A stretch of DNA of 61,211 nucleotides, the filler included, from Streblomastix strix (taxonomy: Eukaryota): NCBI GenBank assembly GCA_008636045.1. It is 3 parts of 3 records of this genome, joined end to end, with 100 filler letters (N's around TTAATTAATTAA, not from the genome) between each part and the next. Parts side by side here need not be neighbours in the genome. Positions count along the whole stretch, not along the records: positions 1 to 20,352 come from SNRW01000438.1; positions 20,453 to 40,787 come from SNRW01000439.1; 1 more part is not named here. The stretch is one strand, 5' to 3'. Below, piece after piece: positions 13,523 through 27,145 of this stretch. Below the pieces are notes generated by a model. That model was not told where the DNA came from, searched no databases, and was given only the letters and a program-made list of their open reading frames with translations. The translations under genes and the position numbers were made by a program. Position 1 is the first letter of the stretch; each line of letters begins with the position of its first letter.

Positions 13523-14380
13523 ATGATTGCAGGTATCGAGAGGAATTAGCTTTGTATGAGTAAATCAAAGAAGCAGATATAAGACATGAAAAAAGAGTTA
13601 TCTGAAGAAGATAATATTAATTTATAATCGATTGATTAAGCTTTGAAAAATTTTTCAATTCCACAATAAGAAATTAAAGAGGATAACAGTAATGATGAAG
13701 TTAGACCTAAGAAACATTACAATAAAAATAAGTATCGAGATGTAGAACGAGAGACTGCGTCAGTAGAACCTGAGGAAGTAGTTAAAAATACATTCTTTGC
13801 ACATCCAAATTTAATGGTTCTTAAATTCGTAATTAGCAAAGTGTGGAGTAATGTTACGTAAAGAAAAAGAGGAGAAGATTTTATTTTCAGTTCTGATAAC
13901 TACATTAAATTTTGGTCAATAATAACATAAGAAAATGAATATGATATTGAAGTATTATTTGAAGAACCTATCATCTAAACTCATTCATGTATGCCTAAGA
14001 AATATAAGAAAAAAGACTTATTTAGAGTATAAAATATTTTAATAAAAATCGTTTCATTCAAAGTTATGAACAATGCTTTATACAACACATTTGAGAAACT
14101 TTATCGTGTGAATGTTGATCTTGTACGTAAATCAGATATTATAGAGAATGATATAGATAAAAAAGAATTTTGATTCTCTTAGATAAACAATCGTATCGTT
14201 TATTTTTAAAACAAATAGAATCATTAATCGAACCAACTGAAGAGGAGTTAATTAATATACAAAAATAACTGTAAGAGATATAATAAAAATAAGAGGAAAT
14301 AAAGTAATTAGAGAAATTGTAAAAATAACTAACCCCTTTCATTGATATGGAGATTATAAAACTATTTACTTACTTGAGTT
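13523..14380 (+). pseudogene. viral ORF of unknown function with coiled-coil C-terminus
   Basis: ATG ATT GCA GGT... open in table 6 for about 215 codons, then TGA/frameshift and an EEELINIQKQLQEIQQKQEEIK coiled coil; intronless. Confidence 0.5.
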
Positions 14381-14389
14381 AATATATTA

Positions 14390-15250
14390 AAACTAAAGAT
14401 GTTAATATATCACCTTTGGTAACGTTAAATTCAACTTAAGCTATTATTGGAGACAAAACGTTTACATAACCTATTGTAGCAAACAAGCTTATAAAGACAG
14501 GTATAACAAATAAACATTAATCTACTGGCTAATGGTGGCACATCAGATATAGATGATTTTTTGCTAAAGGAAAGACCTTACGCTTTAACAGATTTTACGT
14601 TATAGCCAACATCATTATTAATTGATACAAAAGAAGCAGGGATAAAAATAAATAGGGGAATGGGAGGTTAGCCAAGTAATATATATTTAGGTACTAATGT
14701 TTATAATCCAATTGGTGGAGTATCAATAATAGAATATAGTTGGGTAATTATTTCTTAATTTGATGGTACTGGAAGATGGCTTCGTGATGCACCTTTCCAG
14801 ATATAAAAAGATGATGATTATAAAATTATATATAGATAGAGGGATATATAGATAGAGATTATATAACATTAAAATTTTATGGCAAAGTCGTTGTTACTAC
14901 AACAGCTAAATCAAGTGTGTTTCACTTGGGTGATTATGTTGTTGGATTAAGCTAAGGGTCCTTAGTTTGGTACAGCAGCGGTATCGTTTATATTAATTAA
15001 TATCTTCGTTGGACCTCATAAGGTGGTTCGACTAGTATCCCAGTCATTGTGGGATATGTTGATGATGATTTTTATTCCTAAATTTGTAGGGGTAATAACA
15101 ATGTAGCATTTAACAGCTTCATCAGCCAATATAAATTAATATCTTGATTGTGTAATCAATTTGCAAGGGTAAGTTATTATCAATTCAAATAGTCTTATTA
15201 ATTTGCCTGTTACATTAAATGTAGAAATTTATGGTACTTATTTTATTAAT
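14390..15250 (+). pseudogene. viral fibre-like protein 1 (phage tail-fibre-type motifs)
   Basis: LVTLNSTQAIIGDKTFTQPIVANKLIKTG...LANGGT motif, a GIKINRG...SNIYLGT...W module shared with fibre 2, and a C-terminal beta-rich head ending VEIYGTYFIN; frameshifted. Confidence 0.6.
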
Positions 15251-15417
15251 TTTACTTCATGGATATAAAGAATTTCTTACTTTATCACTTACATCTTCAT
15301 CATCTATTTTTTTTGTTATATTGTTAATACAGAACTTAATAGATTGTTAAGTACTATAACTTTTTATGATATACTACTTAATATCTCCCAACAAGTCATT
15401 TAAATTAAAAAATAAAA

Positions 15418-16450
15418 TCATTATCTAATAATTTCGAACCTTTTCTAGTACTTATTAATGATAATAAACTTATATTTATTTAAGGTGCTGTATATTATCA
15501 TTATCTCTTACTTTATCAGTGAGTTGATGTGGTTTTCTTCATATACTTGCTTTATATCATTGTCTGATATTCCTTACCCTACGACTATTATATAGCATAA
15601 TATTCTAGAAGTTTTATAAAGAAAGCTAGGTCTTTAAGCAGCAAAGAATAATGTATTTTTTGCATGTCTGCTTTCACTAACCAAATGGGTTATTGTACGT
15701 AATAACTCTGAGGTATAACGTTACGTATCTGTATTAGAACCTATATCATCAAATATCATTAGTGCAGATAACAATTTATCATTCAATAGTATAAGAAATT
15801 TTAGTGTCTTGACTATCTCAACACCATTGTCATCTATCTCATGTGTATCAACAATTTTTAGTCTTTTTTTATATGTCATGTTTTATATCAACGGAGGAAT
15901 AGAAAACTGTGATACTTTTTATGGTTAACTTTATGTGTTATTAGTCCCAATACAATAGACCTTGAACTACTCTTTCATTCTTGCAGAAAACCATTAATAG
16001 GACTCATCTTTTTTTTAACTCATTAGAATCATACATTTCTTGTTTGAGTTTGTTTATATAATCACTATTATAATGAATATTCATTTGTTTTAACTTATAA
16101 TACGTGTATATCTCTTTAACTTTATATTAAAGTTCATCAAATTAAGATAGGAAAATCATAGCTTCGTTGTATGTCATATTTGTTAGTAGAACACTTTTAT
16201 CATTCATATTGATTGCCATAGTTTCGTCTGGACCTAGATTGGAGAAATATAAGATGTTAAGATTAATGATGTGTTTGTATAATATTATTAACTTAGACAA
16301 TAACGTTGTTTTACCACTTCCAACAGCTCCAACAATATAGTGGTTTCCATTAATAACAAAGATTGATTTTGAAGTCAAAGGTTTTGTTTTGTATTCTTCT
16401 AACATACTGTAATTATCGAATTATATATGGTTAATATCTTAGGAACTCAT
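15418..16450 (-). pseudogene. A32-like (FtsK/HerA superfamily) genome-packaging ATPase
   Basis: Walker A YIVGAVGSGKTT (~16307-16340), Walker B ALMIFDDIG (~15740-15768) and the A32-type ESRHAKNTLFFAAQRPSFLYKTSR. ATG 16450, TGA 15418, one frameshift near 16055. Confidence 0.88.
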
Positions 16451-16506
16451 TTGATTAAAATTAAATCATCAAACTATTTGTTACTAATTTATTAATTTCA
16501 AAGTAA

Positions 16507-16863
16507 TCAGATATCGATAATGTTTTGGTAACTTTAAATCTTTGTCATCTACTGCTAACTACACTAACTAATACAACTCGTCAATTGAAAGCTAATTCCA
16601 TTATTATTTGATAACATCATTTTACTCTCTGAAATATTTGTCTTCGAGCTAATGCTCCATTTTCTATGATAAAAGAATTTGATTATATACAATATAATAC
16701 TTATCGGTATCACTCTAACATCAATATAACACCATGACCTCATAAATACATTAATCAATTACTATGCTTCTGGGGGATGTGATAAACTTATAACAGATAA
16801 TAAGAAGTCAACATCTTAAAAAATAGAATTTATAATAATGGAAATTAACAATATAATGTTCAT
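16507..16863 (-). CDS. possible small viral protein with hydrophobic N-terminus (118 aa)
   Basis: Open ATG-TGA frame in table 6; weak evidence because only TGA stops exist, and the plus strand could be the real (decayed) frame. Confidence 0.25.
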
Positions 16864-16999
16864 TTATTTTTATTTAAAATATAATCCTTAATATAATAAC
16901 AATTGTAAGTAATAAAACGACTTATACATTCTGATATAAGTTATTATATGTAATACTCAAAGAAAAATATTTCGAGTAGTGTAGCATAGAACAATGAAT

Positions 17000-19082
17000 A
17001 TAATTTAATAATAGATGATTAAAATAACTTGTTGTATTGTTAAAAAAAATAATCACTCAATATAAGCTATGAAACTAACTCCATAGGGTTTGTTAATAGT
17101 AAATAATCTATAACTATTGAACAATGATTTTCATTAAAAATTACCCAGTTAGAATAACAAGTACATCAGATATAGTAATAGATAAATATAAGCATATAAG
17201 ACATAGGACAGTTATAAGCAGATGCATAAGTAATAAACTAAGGGCTAACGAGGTAGACACATTTCAGAGGATACTTTGCAACTAACGATGAGATACTACC
17301 TTTGTAATCTAGTGCTGTGGGTAATTATGTGTATAGTATAGAGGATTTACTAGTATGGGTCTATGAAGATAATTGGGCTGAAACAGATCAAATTGTACCA
17401 GACTAAGTAACCTCAGCAAGCGATAATACACCTCTAGAGGATAGTGCAGAAGGTGATGCAGGAATTTCAAATGATTAAGCTAGACGAGATCATAAGCATC
17501 CAATATAAGTTTCTTCCGTCTTGCAAGCAAAAGATACCGCAACTGGTGAAAAAAGAGTTGCAACTACTTATGCTAGATCTGATCATACTCATCATGTAAA
17601 TTTAAGTAATGGAGTTCCCCTAAAAGATACTGGTACTGGAACAGCTGATACATCTAATTTATATGCTAGTGCCACACATTAACATCCTCTTAATGTTGAT
17701 CCAACTGTCGCAAATGTTCTCCTTGTAAATGCTACTGCTGCAGATAATGGATCGAGTGATTATTATTGTTGAAATGATCATGTACATCCATAGTAATTAA
17801 CATATGATGGAAATATTACAGAAACTAAGTATATTAAGACTGGAGGTACAGATAATGAAATATTATTAGGAGTTTGGACAATTAAAAAAGGAGTTTTAGC
17901 AAGTAAATTATATTAAGTTATTGAATAACCCCTATATATTAAATTATGTACGTTTATTGCTTTAAATTCTTCTACTGATAATTTAATAGAATTCAAAATA
18001 GATACTAGAAGCGTGTTTGGAAAAATACAATTTAATTATCATTGGACCTAAGAAATAGGAATTGATAATTATTAATACTAGTTTATCCCATCGTTATCAT
18101 CTGGTTTGAATAGCGCATGGATATTAAATTTTGTTACATGTATAAATAGATATGGAGAATTATTGTGTCGAATTGATGATTTAACTTATAGTACGACAAT
18201 AAAATAGACAGATATAAGTGCTTTTTAGGGTAAAATAACCGATATATTAATTACTGTTTCATAATCGACATTACCTACAGGATTTAGTAGTATGTAACAA
18301 TTATTTCCAAACTCACGAAATGGATCTATTAAAATTAATCCAATTGGAGATAGTTAAGGTGTATCATATAATTAAGGCATAAGAATATCAGATTCAATTT
18401 ATAATACTGCTAGTTGAATATGCTTCAGACGTAATATAATAATATTAGTAATATAAATGAAAAATAATGGAGCGTTATAGCAAATGATAATGGAATTGTA
18501 ATCAGCTTAAATAATTAACCATAATATTTAAATTAAGGATTACATATATCAGTTGAAGGATAAACATTAACATTTAATGGAAATGAATTCGTTGATGTAG
18601 CAATTAATTAAACAATTACTGTAATAAAAACATTCGGAAAATTATTATAAGTAAATCCAACAGTTGATTGATCATTCAACGAAGGAATAAGAATTAGTAG
18701 GCACCCAAACAACTAATGGAGTAATATATAGTTTGATAGTGATCCAAATTCAAATACTAGTTTTATTAATAATTAATGGCTGATAAGAGTAAAAGGAAAT
18801 AATGCTTAAAGTCCATTTAGTTTTACCATAGTAAAAGCATGATAAGAAGGTTATGTTGATAGAGGATTACAAATATCCGCTGATGGAAACACATTAACAT
18901 TTAACGGGTTTGTTATTGCTGGCGCAGGAGCAACTAACGGTTCAGTTAATTATTCATAAGGTAATGCAATCTTATGGGATGTAAGTAGTGTTGGAGCGGA
19001 GGGTGGATTCTATAGCAATGGAACTAATGTATTCTGGAGAGCCCAAACATTACAATTTGATCAGTTCTACTAAGAACAATGA
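17000..19082 (+). pseudogene. viral fibre-like protein 2 with four HxH repeats and repeated beta-modules
   Basis: THFRGYFATNDEI...WVYEDNW; four ~29-aa repeats ending RRDHKHP, RSDHTHH, SATHQHP and *NDHVHP; KYIKTGGTDNEILLG; two GIRIS...W..GL.IS.(D/E)G.TLTFNG modules. Ends FWRAQTLQFDQFYQEQ-TGA at 19082; internal TGAs; start approximate. Confidence 0.75.
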
Positions 19083-19899
19083 TGTTTTTCTCTTCGTTCA
19101 AAAAATTTTTTTCAGGAATTTTATTTTTACATAAATAATTTAGTTATTAATAGTAGCTTAATAAATAGGTAAAAAGATTAACGTATCGGATAATGAAATA
19201 TACCATATCTTTAAAGCATTAATCAAGCCAATTAATGACATAGATGAAGAAATACTTTAAGAAATTAAAAATCAATATTGCGATAATGATAAACTAATAC
19301 TACCAGACAAATGTAATGAAATAATAAACTACATTTACTATCTTTCAATTCTTTCAGTATTGTAATTGGATACAATTAATAATATTCATAAAACAACTTG
19401 TATTATGTTTCTTATGCAAACTAATTATATACTTACATATCTTTGTCTGTTGCACCCATTAGTAGGAACTATTTAATTTTTGTTATTTTTGGATTGATAT
19501 TTACTTCTTCTTTTGTGCTGTTATACATTTTAGTATAATTATAGTTATTTTCATTATAAAGTTTATTGTTATATTATTCTCTTTCACTAATTCGTTTATG
19601 AGTCTATAATCTAAAGTTTTATAGATGAAATTATAGTCTGAGTTCTGACAACTCATAATAAAAAGGGTGACATATATCTCTATTATATCTTATATTAGAT
19701 AACTTATATTCTAATTGTTCTAATAAATTTCTATCTTTAAACTTATCTTTTAGATTCTTTGTCGTTAATATTTTAAAAAGTTATTCCTTCGAATTTTCTT
19801 TTCGTTGGGCCATCTATTAATAGAAAGAAAAATAAAACTTTGGAACAAACAAATCTTTGATATGGTTTCGGTACCCTCAAAAGGCTTTAGCCTATTTTT

Positions 19900-20352
19900 T
19901 TAATCGCTTCTTATAGCACTACCTCCAATCTCTCCGATAATTTCTAACGTTAATACTTATGAACCTGGGTTATCGTCGAACATTATGCGTACAATTTCAT
20001 CACATAGATAGTGCGTAAGTAGTGTCAGCTTTACATTTTCAATATTCGGATAACATATAGTAGAAGTAACGTACTTAAAGTCATTTCAATCTACATCTGC
20101 AGGTCTTATAATATCATCGGCGCAAATATTATTTACAGGAGTAATTCCTATTTATACTTCTATATCTTTTATTCTACATGATTCACGTCTATAGGATCTA
20201 TTACTTAATAGAACCCTTCAGTCTTTAACTATTTATAGTATTTTACTTTACCATTTTTTGATTCGGTTAATTAATAGAATTGTTTGCTACATAGTCTTAA
20301 ACTATTCAACGTATACTATTCACTCTTATTAATAACCATACCATGAATCTTG
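19900..20352 (-). pseudogene. C-terminus of a large beta-rich viral protein, candidate major capsid protein
   Basis: Reads VKLTLLTHYLCDEIVRIMFDDNPGSQVLTLEIIGEIGGSAIRS with frameshifts upstream. The capsid call rests on context (beside ATPase and fibres), not a diagnostic motif. Confidence 0.4.
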
Positions 20353-20452
20353 NNNNNNNNNNNNNNNNNNNNNNNNNNNNNNNNNNNNNNNNNNNNTTAA
20401 TTAATTAANNNNNNNNNNNNNNNNNNNNNNNNNNNNNNNNNNNNNNNNNNNN
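20353..20452. other. artificial contig spacer
   Basis: N-run + TTAATTAATTAA + N-run. Confidence 0.97.
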
Positions 20453-20485
20453 TTTATTAATATTTTTTATTTTATCATTTATTAG

Positions 20486-23400
20486 GAATTGCACTCATAA
20501 GCAGAAACAAATTTGAAGCATTAAGAGGAAAGAAGGAAAAATAGAGATAAGAGAATTATGGAGATTAATGAAGTTCTTTTAAGAGTGTAGGCGAAATCTA
20601 ACGAATAAGAAGAAGTTTTGATTTTTATTTATTTTATATACAATTAATTAATAATTTATTTTAGATTATTGCAGCTATAATCCGTGATATATAAGCAGAA
20701 GAGGAAGAAAAAGAAAAATTAAAGAAAAAAATTGAGAAAATAATGAAAGAATTAAATAAAAAGGTATAAAAAAAACTTATTAATTTACAATATATCAATA
20801 TTAATTCATCATTTATGTTAAATTTTATAATTTTTCATTCATTCAAACTTATTAGGATGAATAATTGGCTGAATTTTGCCTTAGAAAATAATAATGCGAA
20901 ATTTCATTAGCTGAAGCAGAATATGCTGCTGGTTTGAATAAATTAATATTAATATACCATTATATTAGTTGTTAATAATAGGCGAATAGAGAGAGTTTTA
21001 TTTTGAAGCATCTAATGAGTTGAAAGAGATGTAGAGTTTAATATAGAAAGAAAAGGAGAAGGAAAATTAGAAGAAGAAAGAAAATGCTGATAAGAAAAAA
21101 GAAGTTAAATAGATTTAGAAAGATGCCAAAGAAGGAGAATTAATGAAGATGAGATTTGAAGCAAAGATGGAAGAGTGATACAAAGAGACCTAATAGATGC
21201 TATAACTAGATAAAGAAAGACTGAAGTAATTAGAAGTCTGAAGAAATATATATATGAAATTCTAATTATTTATTAAAAAGATAAATTTTATTCTTCATTA
21301 TTATGAATTAATATTTTCTTATCAAATCACAGGAATAAATTCTGAGATTAAATGATTCTAAAAATGCATCTTTGATGCAAAATGAAAAAGAGAAAGAAAA
21401 TTTGATTGAAAAATAGAGAGAATTAAATATAATTATGGAATAAATCAGAATTGAGAGAGAAAACTCTAAGAAAATTAATGAAGATATAAACAGAGATAAT
21501 ATTTCAGTATTGAATAAAGAAAAAATGAGAATGAAAAAGAAAAAAGAATAAAGAATAATGAAATAAGACCAAGATGATTCAACATGTGATTCAAACGAAC
21601 TTTCCTAATCTGATTCTACTTCAAATTCATAATATTTTTCTTAAAATGAATATATTAATGGATTGAATAGTAATACAACAAACAAACAAAAATAATAAAA
21701 AAACTTGGAATTTGGAAAATCAAATCTATTTACAAATGCTGAATAATCATTAAAAACTCTTATATCGTTTTGGAAAAGATTATTTAATGGGAAATAAAGC
21801 AAAAATGATTATGATTAAGATAATTAAGATTTTCAATTTTAATCTCCATTCACGAACATTTTATAGTATGTATAGAAAATTCAGAAATAGGAGTAATAAT
21901 TGGATTAAGTTGAAGAGAAAGGAGGAATATCAAGTTTCATTTCAGAAGCAGCAATATAATTGAGAGGGGAATATGATAAAATTAGTGATGAATATTATAA
22001 AAATGATGATAAAAACAAAGCTAGATGTGATAATAAGTAAATTTTATAAATTGAAAATATTTTTTAATGGTTGGATGATACCAAAACAAAACTTGAAGAA
22101 TATCTTATGTTAAATTCTATTATTAAACGAGAGTCTGGAAAAAATTAATAATAATTTAACATAAATTAATAAAAATTTAGCATAATTAATCACTAATCTA
22201 ATTTCAATTAAGTAATTTAATAATATCCTTCACCATATTCAATTTCCTTCCACATTTCCTCAACTCATAAACATCTCCCATACATTTATCCTCCTTAATC
22301 TGGAATCATTGGTAGAGTTATTGAACTTTTTTCATTTACTCATCATTCAGAAACGCTTAAATTTCTTCCTGCTTTAGCTGTATTGTTAGGAGGAAATGGT
22401 GAAGTTTGTAATTTATTGAAATTTATTTTAGAACAATATTCACCAATTCATATTATTACTTTTATTACTTTATTCAGGTTGTCGTTACTGAAACTGTTGA
22501 ATAAGCTAATGCATTGATGAAGGCAGCAAAATAAAGAATGATTGATGGAAATAGCAAAGATAAGGAAAGGGGGAAAAATTATTAATAGACATATTCTTAT
22601 TCACAATCAAGTATTTTGAGTAATATAAATACTTCATTATTGGGAAGAAAAGGAAAGTTACGAATATGGCCCTTAGAAGATATAGAAAAATCACTTTCAT
22701 ATGCAATAAGATCAATGAAAGAAAAAGGTGAAATTAACACCAATCAAAAAACAAATTAATTGTCATTTATTAATACTGATGTAATTTCTCCTGCAATTTT
22801 TTTGAGCCACACTTTAATTAAGCACAATGGCGAAGAAAAAGAAAAATTAACTCGAAATAATGATCTTGATTACTAAAATTCAACAATTGCAGTCTTTGCT
22901 AAATGTTTTCGTGGTACTGCAGTGACTGAGAGTGAAGAATCAGCTGGAGGTGCTGTGAATGGAAAGATAAATGCAATAAATTATAAAAGTGGATAGAGAA
23001 ATAAAATTAATTAAGAATTTTCATTTTTTGATAATATGAAAAGAGAAGATAATGAAGAAGATAAATGGATTGATAATGAAGTAGATGAGAATGGATAGGA
23101 GCTTTAATTTTAATAGAATGGAAAAGGAAATGGTATCTGGACAGTCGGGACAATAAATGGTGTAATTCATAAAAGAGGTTTGATGATTGGAGGGTATAGA
23201 AAAGAGATTGGTGAAGATAAATTGGAAACATAAACAAAAACGAAAAATAATTAAAATAATTGGAAAATAGATGAAAATTAATATAATTTATCTGATAATG
23301 AGAATTAATAACTTGGTATTAAGCCCTTCATTATGAGTGATATAAAAATTGATGATAATTAATAATTTATTTATTCAGATAATAAAAGGAAATTTTCTCA

Positions 23401-26400
23401 ATATTCTTCATCTTCTTATTAGTTATACCCTCAATCACTATTAAATATTCCTAAATTTACCTCATCAAACACATCTTCGTATTACAATAATTAATAATAT
23501 CCAAATTCATCATTAGCAGCTGTTTCTTCCTTTCTTTACACAAAATTCTGGTTTGATGAAATCACTATTGCACTTTAAATAATCAAAACAAAAATAATTC
23601 CAGTTCTTTAATTAATTAGTAGCAAAGCTCAATTACTTTCAAAATAAGTATCAAATTGGGAATAAGCTTATATAGAAGTTGAAAATTAAAAATAATTAAT
23701 CATATAGAAAGAGGGTGCAGTCAAAGAGATAGAAAAAGCAATGATAGAATAAGTGACCGAATGTGAAAGGGTGAGAAAGAGAGTAAATTAAAGTGAGTTA
23801 AATATTCGTGCTTCAGAATAAGAATTGTTACAAATGCGAGAAGAACGAGAAAATATGAAAGAGAAGCATAAAGAGAATATTTCAAATTAATAAATAATGT
23901 TAAATGAATAACAATCATCATCTTAATAATCTCATTCATCGCTTGATAGTACAATAAAACTTCTTCTATAAAGAAAATAGCGTACAAAACTTTCATATGA
24001 ATAAGCGATAAAAGAAGTAGAAATCCAAAAAGAAGAATTAGAAACATTAAAAGAAGACGAAGAAGAAGTTAATGAATAGAAACAGAATCTTTTTGATGAA
24101 ATTGAAAGATTTAAGACCAAATTAAATGTGATAGAAGGAAAAGTATTTAATGTATCGGATAGTGAATTAGACGAATAAAAGAATTCAGATAATAATAAAT
24201 AGATTTAATCAAAATTAGAACTATTATCAAATGAAATAGATTAAGCAAAGATAAAACTTACAGAAATTTAAAAAGAAGTAAAAAGTTTAGAAAATGAACT
24301 TACTACTGAAAAATGAAATGCTTTAAGAGAAGAAGAGATGGAAGGTGAAGAAGAGAAAATTTCTTTGATTCAATTTGAACAATCAAGGAAAAAAATATCT
24401 ATACTGAAAAGAGAAGAGGATAAAGCTGGAGATTTTCTTAATAGAAAGAAGATTCAAGCAGAAGAAGCAGAAAATCTGCTTAAATTAAATTGGAAGAAAA
24501 TGAGATTAGCTGCGATAAAATCTATTTCTTCATCTTCTTCATAATCGGAATAAACAACTCACTCATTTTAATCATACTCTGATGCACTTCTAACAAACCA
24601 ATCAACATATTATTTACAAGGCAAAGAAGAAATATCGTAAGCATTATTAATGTCTGAAAGAAAGAAAAGAGAATTAATCAGAGAAAGACAGTCACTTTTT
24701 GAAGAGATGAAGAGAGAAATAAAAGAAGATGAGATTAAGAGAGAAAAATTAGAAAAGAAAATGAATCAGTAAAAGAAAAAAGATGATAAAAAGCAGAAAG
24801 AATCAATGGAGCTGTTGATGGGAAATGATAAAAAGAAAGGAAATAAAAGGAGAAAAAAAGGAGTAAAGTAGAATAAAACAAAGTAATAAGGGAAAAAAGG
24901 AAAGAATAAAAAATAATATGATTTTGAAGAAAGTGATAATAGTACAGATGATTTTGTTGATTTCAGTGATTAAAGAAGCTCTGAAGATGAAAGAAGGAAG
25001 AAAAAATCAAAGAAGAAATAGGATAAAGAAAAGAAATAAATAGAATAGAATTTAGAAGATAATAGTTTTGATGAATTGCTTAATGAGAAAAAGAACAATA
25101 ATAATGAAAATAATAAATTGAAAAAGAGTAAGAGAAAAAGGGAAGCAAGCGGAAACAAGCAAAATGATAGTAGAGCAAAATCAAAAGAGAATTCAAAAGG
25201 ATAAAAACGAAGAAGAATAAATGAGACAGATATTGGAGAAATCTCTGAAGATGAAATAGAAGAAGAAAAAAATATTTAAGTAAATAATTTAGAATCAAAT
25301 GATAATTCTGATGCAGAATATGAAAGTGAGAAAGAAGAAGAGAATAATAGAGAATAATAATCCATAGAATAGGATGACTGTGAGGAAGATGATATCAATT
25401 CAAATGAAATCATACAGGAAGATGACCCAGAGATGAGAGCTGTTATTAAATTTTTACGAAAACATTATGGAATTTCATAAATAAATTCATCATATCTTGC
25501 ATAAACATCTTTTTCTTCTTTAAATCAACCTCATTCAGCAGCTTCCAAAGAAATTGCCGAACTTTAAGAAAGATTAAATGATGTAGAAAGGGGAATAGAT
25601 AGATTAGAAGAAGTTTTTATATTGAAATAATATTTTTATATCCAATTTACAATATTTTATTAACATTAATTTTTATATAAACTTAGACAGCAAGGGAAGG
25701 TCGTTTACTTGTACTGGGCGCTAACAGATAATCATTCATTCGAGTTAGTAGAGAAATGAGAAGGTGTGTGACATGAATAATCTAACTATAAATTTTAGTT
25801 TATAATATTTTTTAAAGGTTATTTGCAGCAATTTTCGCCAATAAAGATGTTAGGCTTGTTCCTACATCATGGCTTGAAGGTTTATTTTAAATATTATTAA
25901 TATTTTCATTCATATATATTGATATTATTATTTCTTTCTTTTAGAAGAATCACAACAAGAAGGAAGAAAGGAGGCCAATGATTAAGAAGGAAAATAAGAT
26001 AATAAAGAATAAATTTAAAAGTAAAATAATGATGATGAAAGTATTTAAGAATCATTGGAAGAAATCGATGATGAAAATGAGGAATAATTATTGTAGGGTG
26101 ATGGTATAAACGAGGATTAAGAGAATATTAACAAATTTAAATCCTTCTTTTCTTCTTCTGAGAAACATTTTGGTGAAAAAATGAAAGATAAGCACATGTT
26201 TAGCTTTGATGGAGGACTTATAGTATAAATAAGAGACCGACATCCTAAAGAGGGAATTGATAATGAAAATGATTTGAATAAAGGAGGAGGAATCAACTTA
26301 TAATGGAGAGATGGACTAACTGAGCTATCTGGTGGTTAGAAAACACTTCTTTCTATCTGCTTTCTTGTTGCTGTTAGTAAACTCGGAATGGGAAAGAAAA

Positions 26401-26909
26401 ATATTGATGGAAAAGATCATACAGATAAAGAAGGGAAGAATGAAAAAGCAAAAGAAATAGATGGAAATAATCAAAATAAAGACTTTGATGAAACTTTATG
26501 TGCAAAGCGTCAAGCTCTCATACTATTTGATGAAGTAACAACAAATTAATTTTCAAAATCACTCAATCTCATTTTATTATTTTTTCTCTCTTTTTTACTT
26601 AAAGATTGATTCTGCGCTCGATGAAAGAAATCAAGCACTCCTTGCCAGACTAATTTCATGCTCGTTTAGTTGGGCATAAATGGTGATGGTTTCACATCTG
26701 CCAGGAGCTCTGAATGTATATATTTAATACTTATAATTCATATTATTATTATTTTTCTATAAAATAAACAGATTGCTGACTGTGTTATTACACTTGATAG
26801 GGTGAAAGGAGGTTCTGAGAAGGAAGAAGAAAAAGGATCTCGTAAACATGAAATATAATATGATAGCACTTATGTTGCAAAGATAGTGAAGAAGGGTGTT
26901 GGGGTTTGA
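20486..26909 (+). CDS. SMC-family ATPase (SMC2/SMC3-like), 5'-truncated, multi-exon
   Basis: Long coiled coils, hinge-like ALAVLLGGNGE-VVVTETVEQANALM, ABC signature LTELSGGQKTLL (~26318-26350), Walker B/D-loop ILFDE|IDSALD split by an intron, and H-loop MVMVSH; TGA at 26909. Confidence 0.85.
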
Positions 26910-27145
26910 TAAGAAAAACGAAGCAGTGGCAATAGAGAAAAAAGAGTAAAACTGTAGAATGAATTTCTACATGTTCAAACGTTGAAAACAAAATGTTTAA
27001 TGAAATACAAGTTAATAGAATCAATGCATATTTCCTTCATTTATATTGATAGACAAAAATGATATAATAATTTGGTAAGGTTCTAAAAAATAAGAATGTG
27101 GATTATTGAAATTAATTATTTTTTATTAAAATGAATGTTTAAATT

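Larger units (their letters stand above)
11500..20352. mobile_element. decayed endogenous Polinton-like DNA virus, structural/morphogenesis module; truncated by contig end, left boundary approximate
   Basis: Compact intronless genes on both strands including an A32/FtsK-HerA-type packaging ATPase and two fibre-like genes. Many frameshifts and TGA codons; carries a MITE insertion. Confidence 0.75.

Noticed and set aside
20353..20452. TTAATTAATTAA palindrome flanked by Ns (also 40788-40887)
   Set aside because: Artificial contig joiner; nothing across it is truly adjacent.
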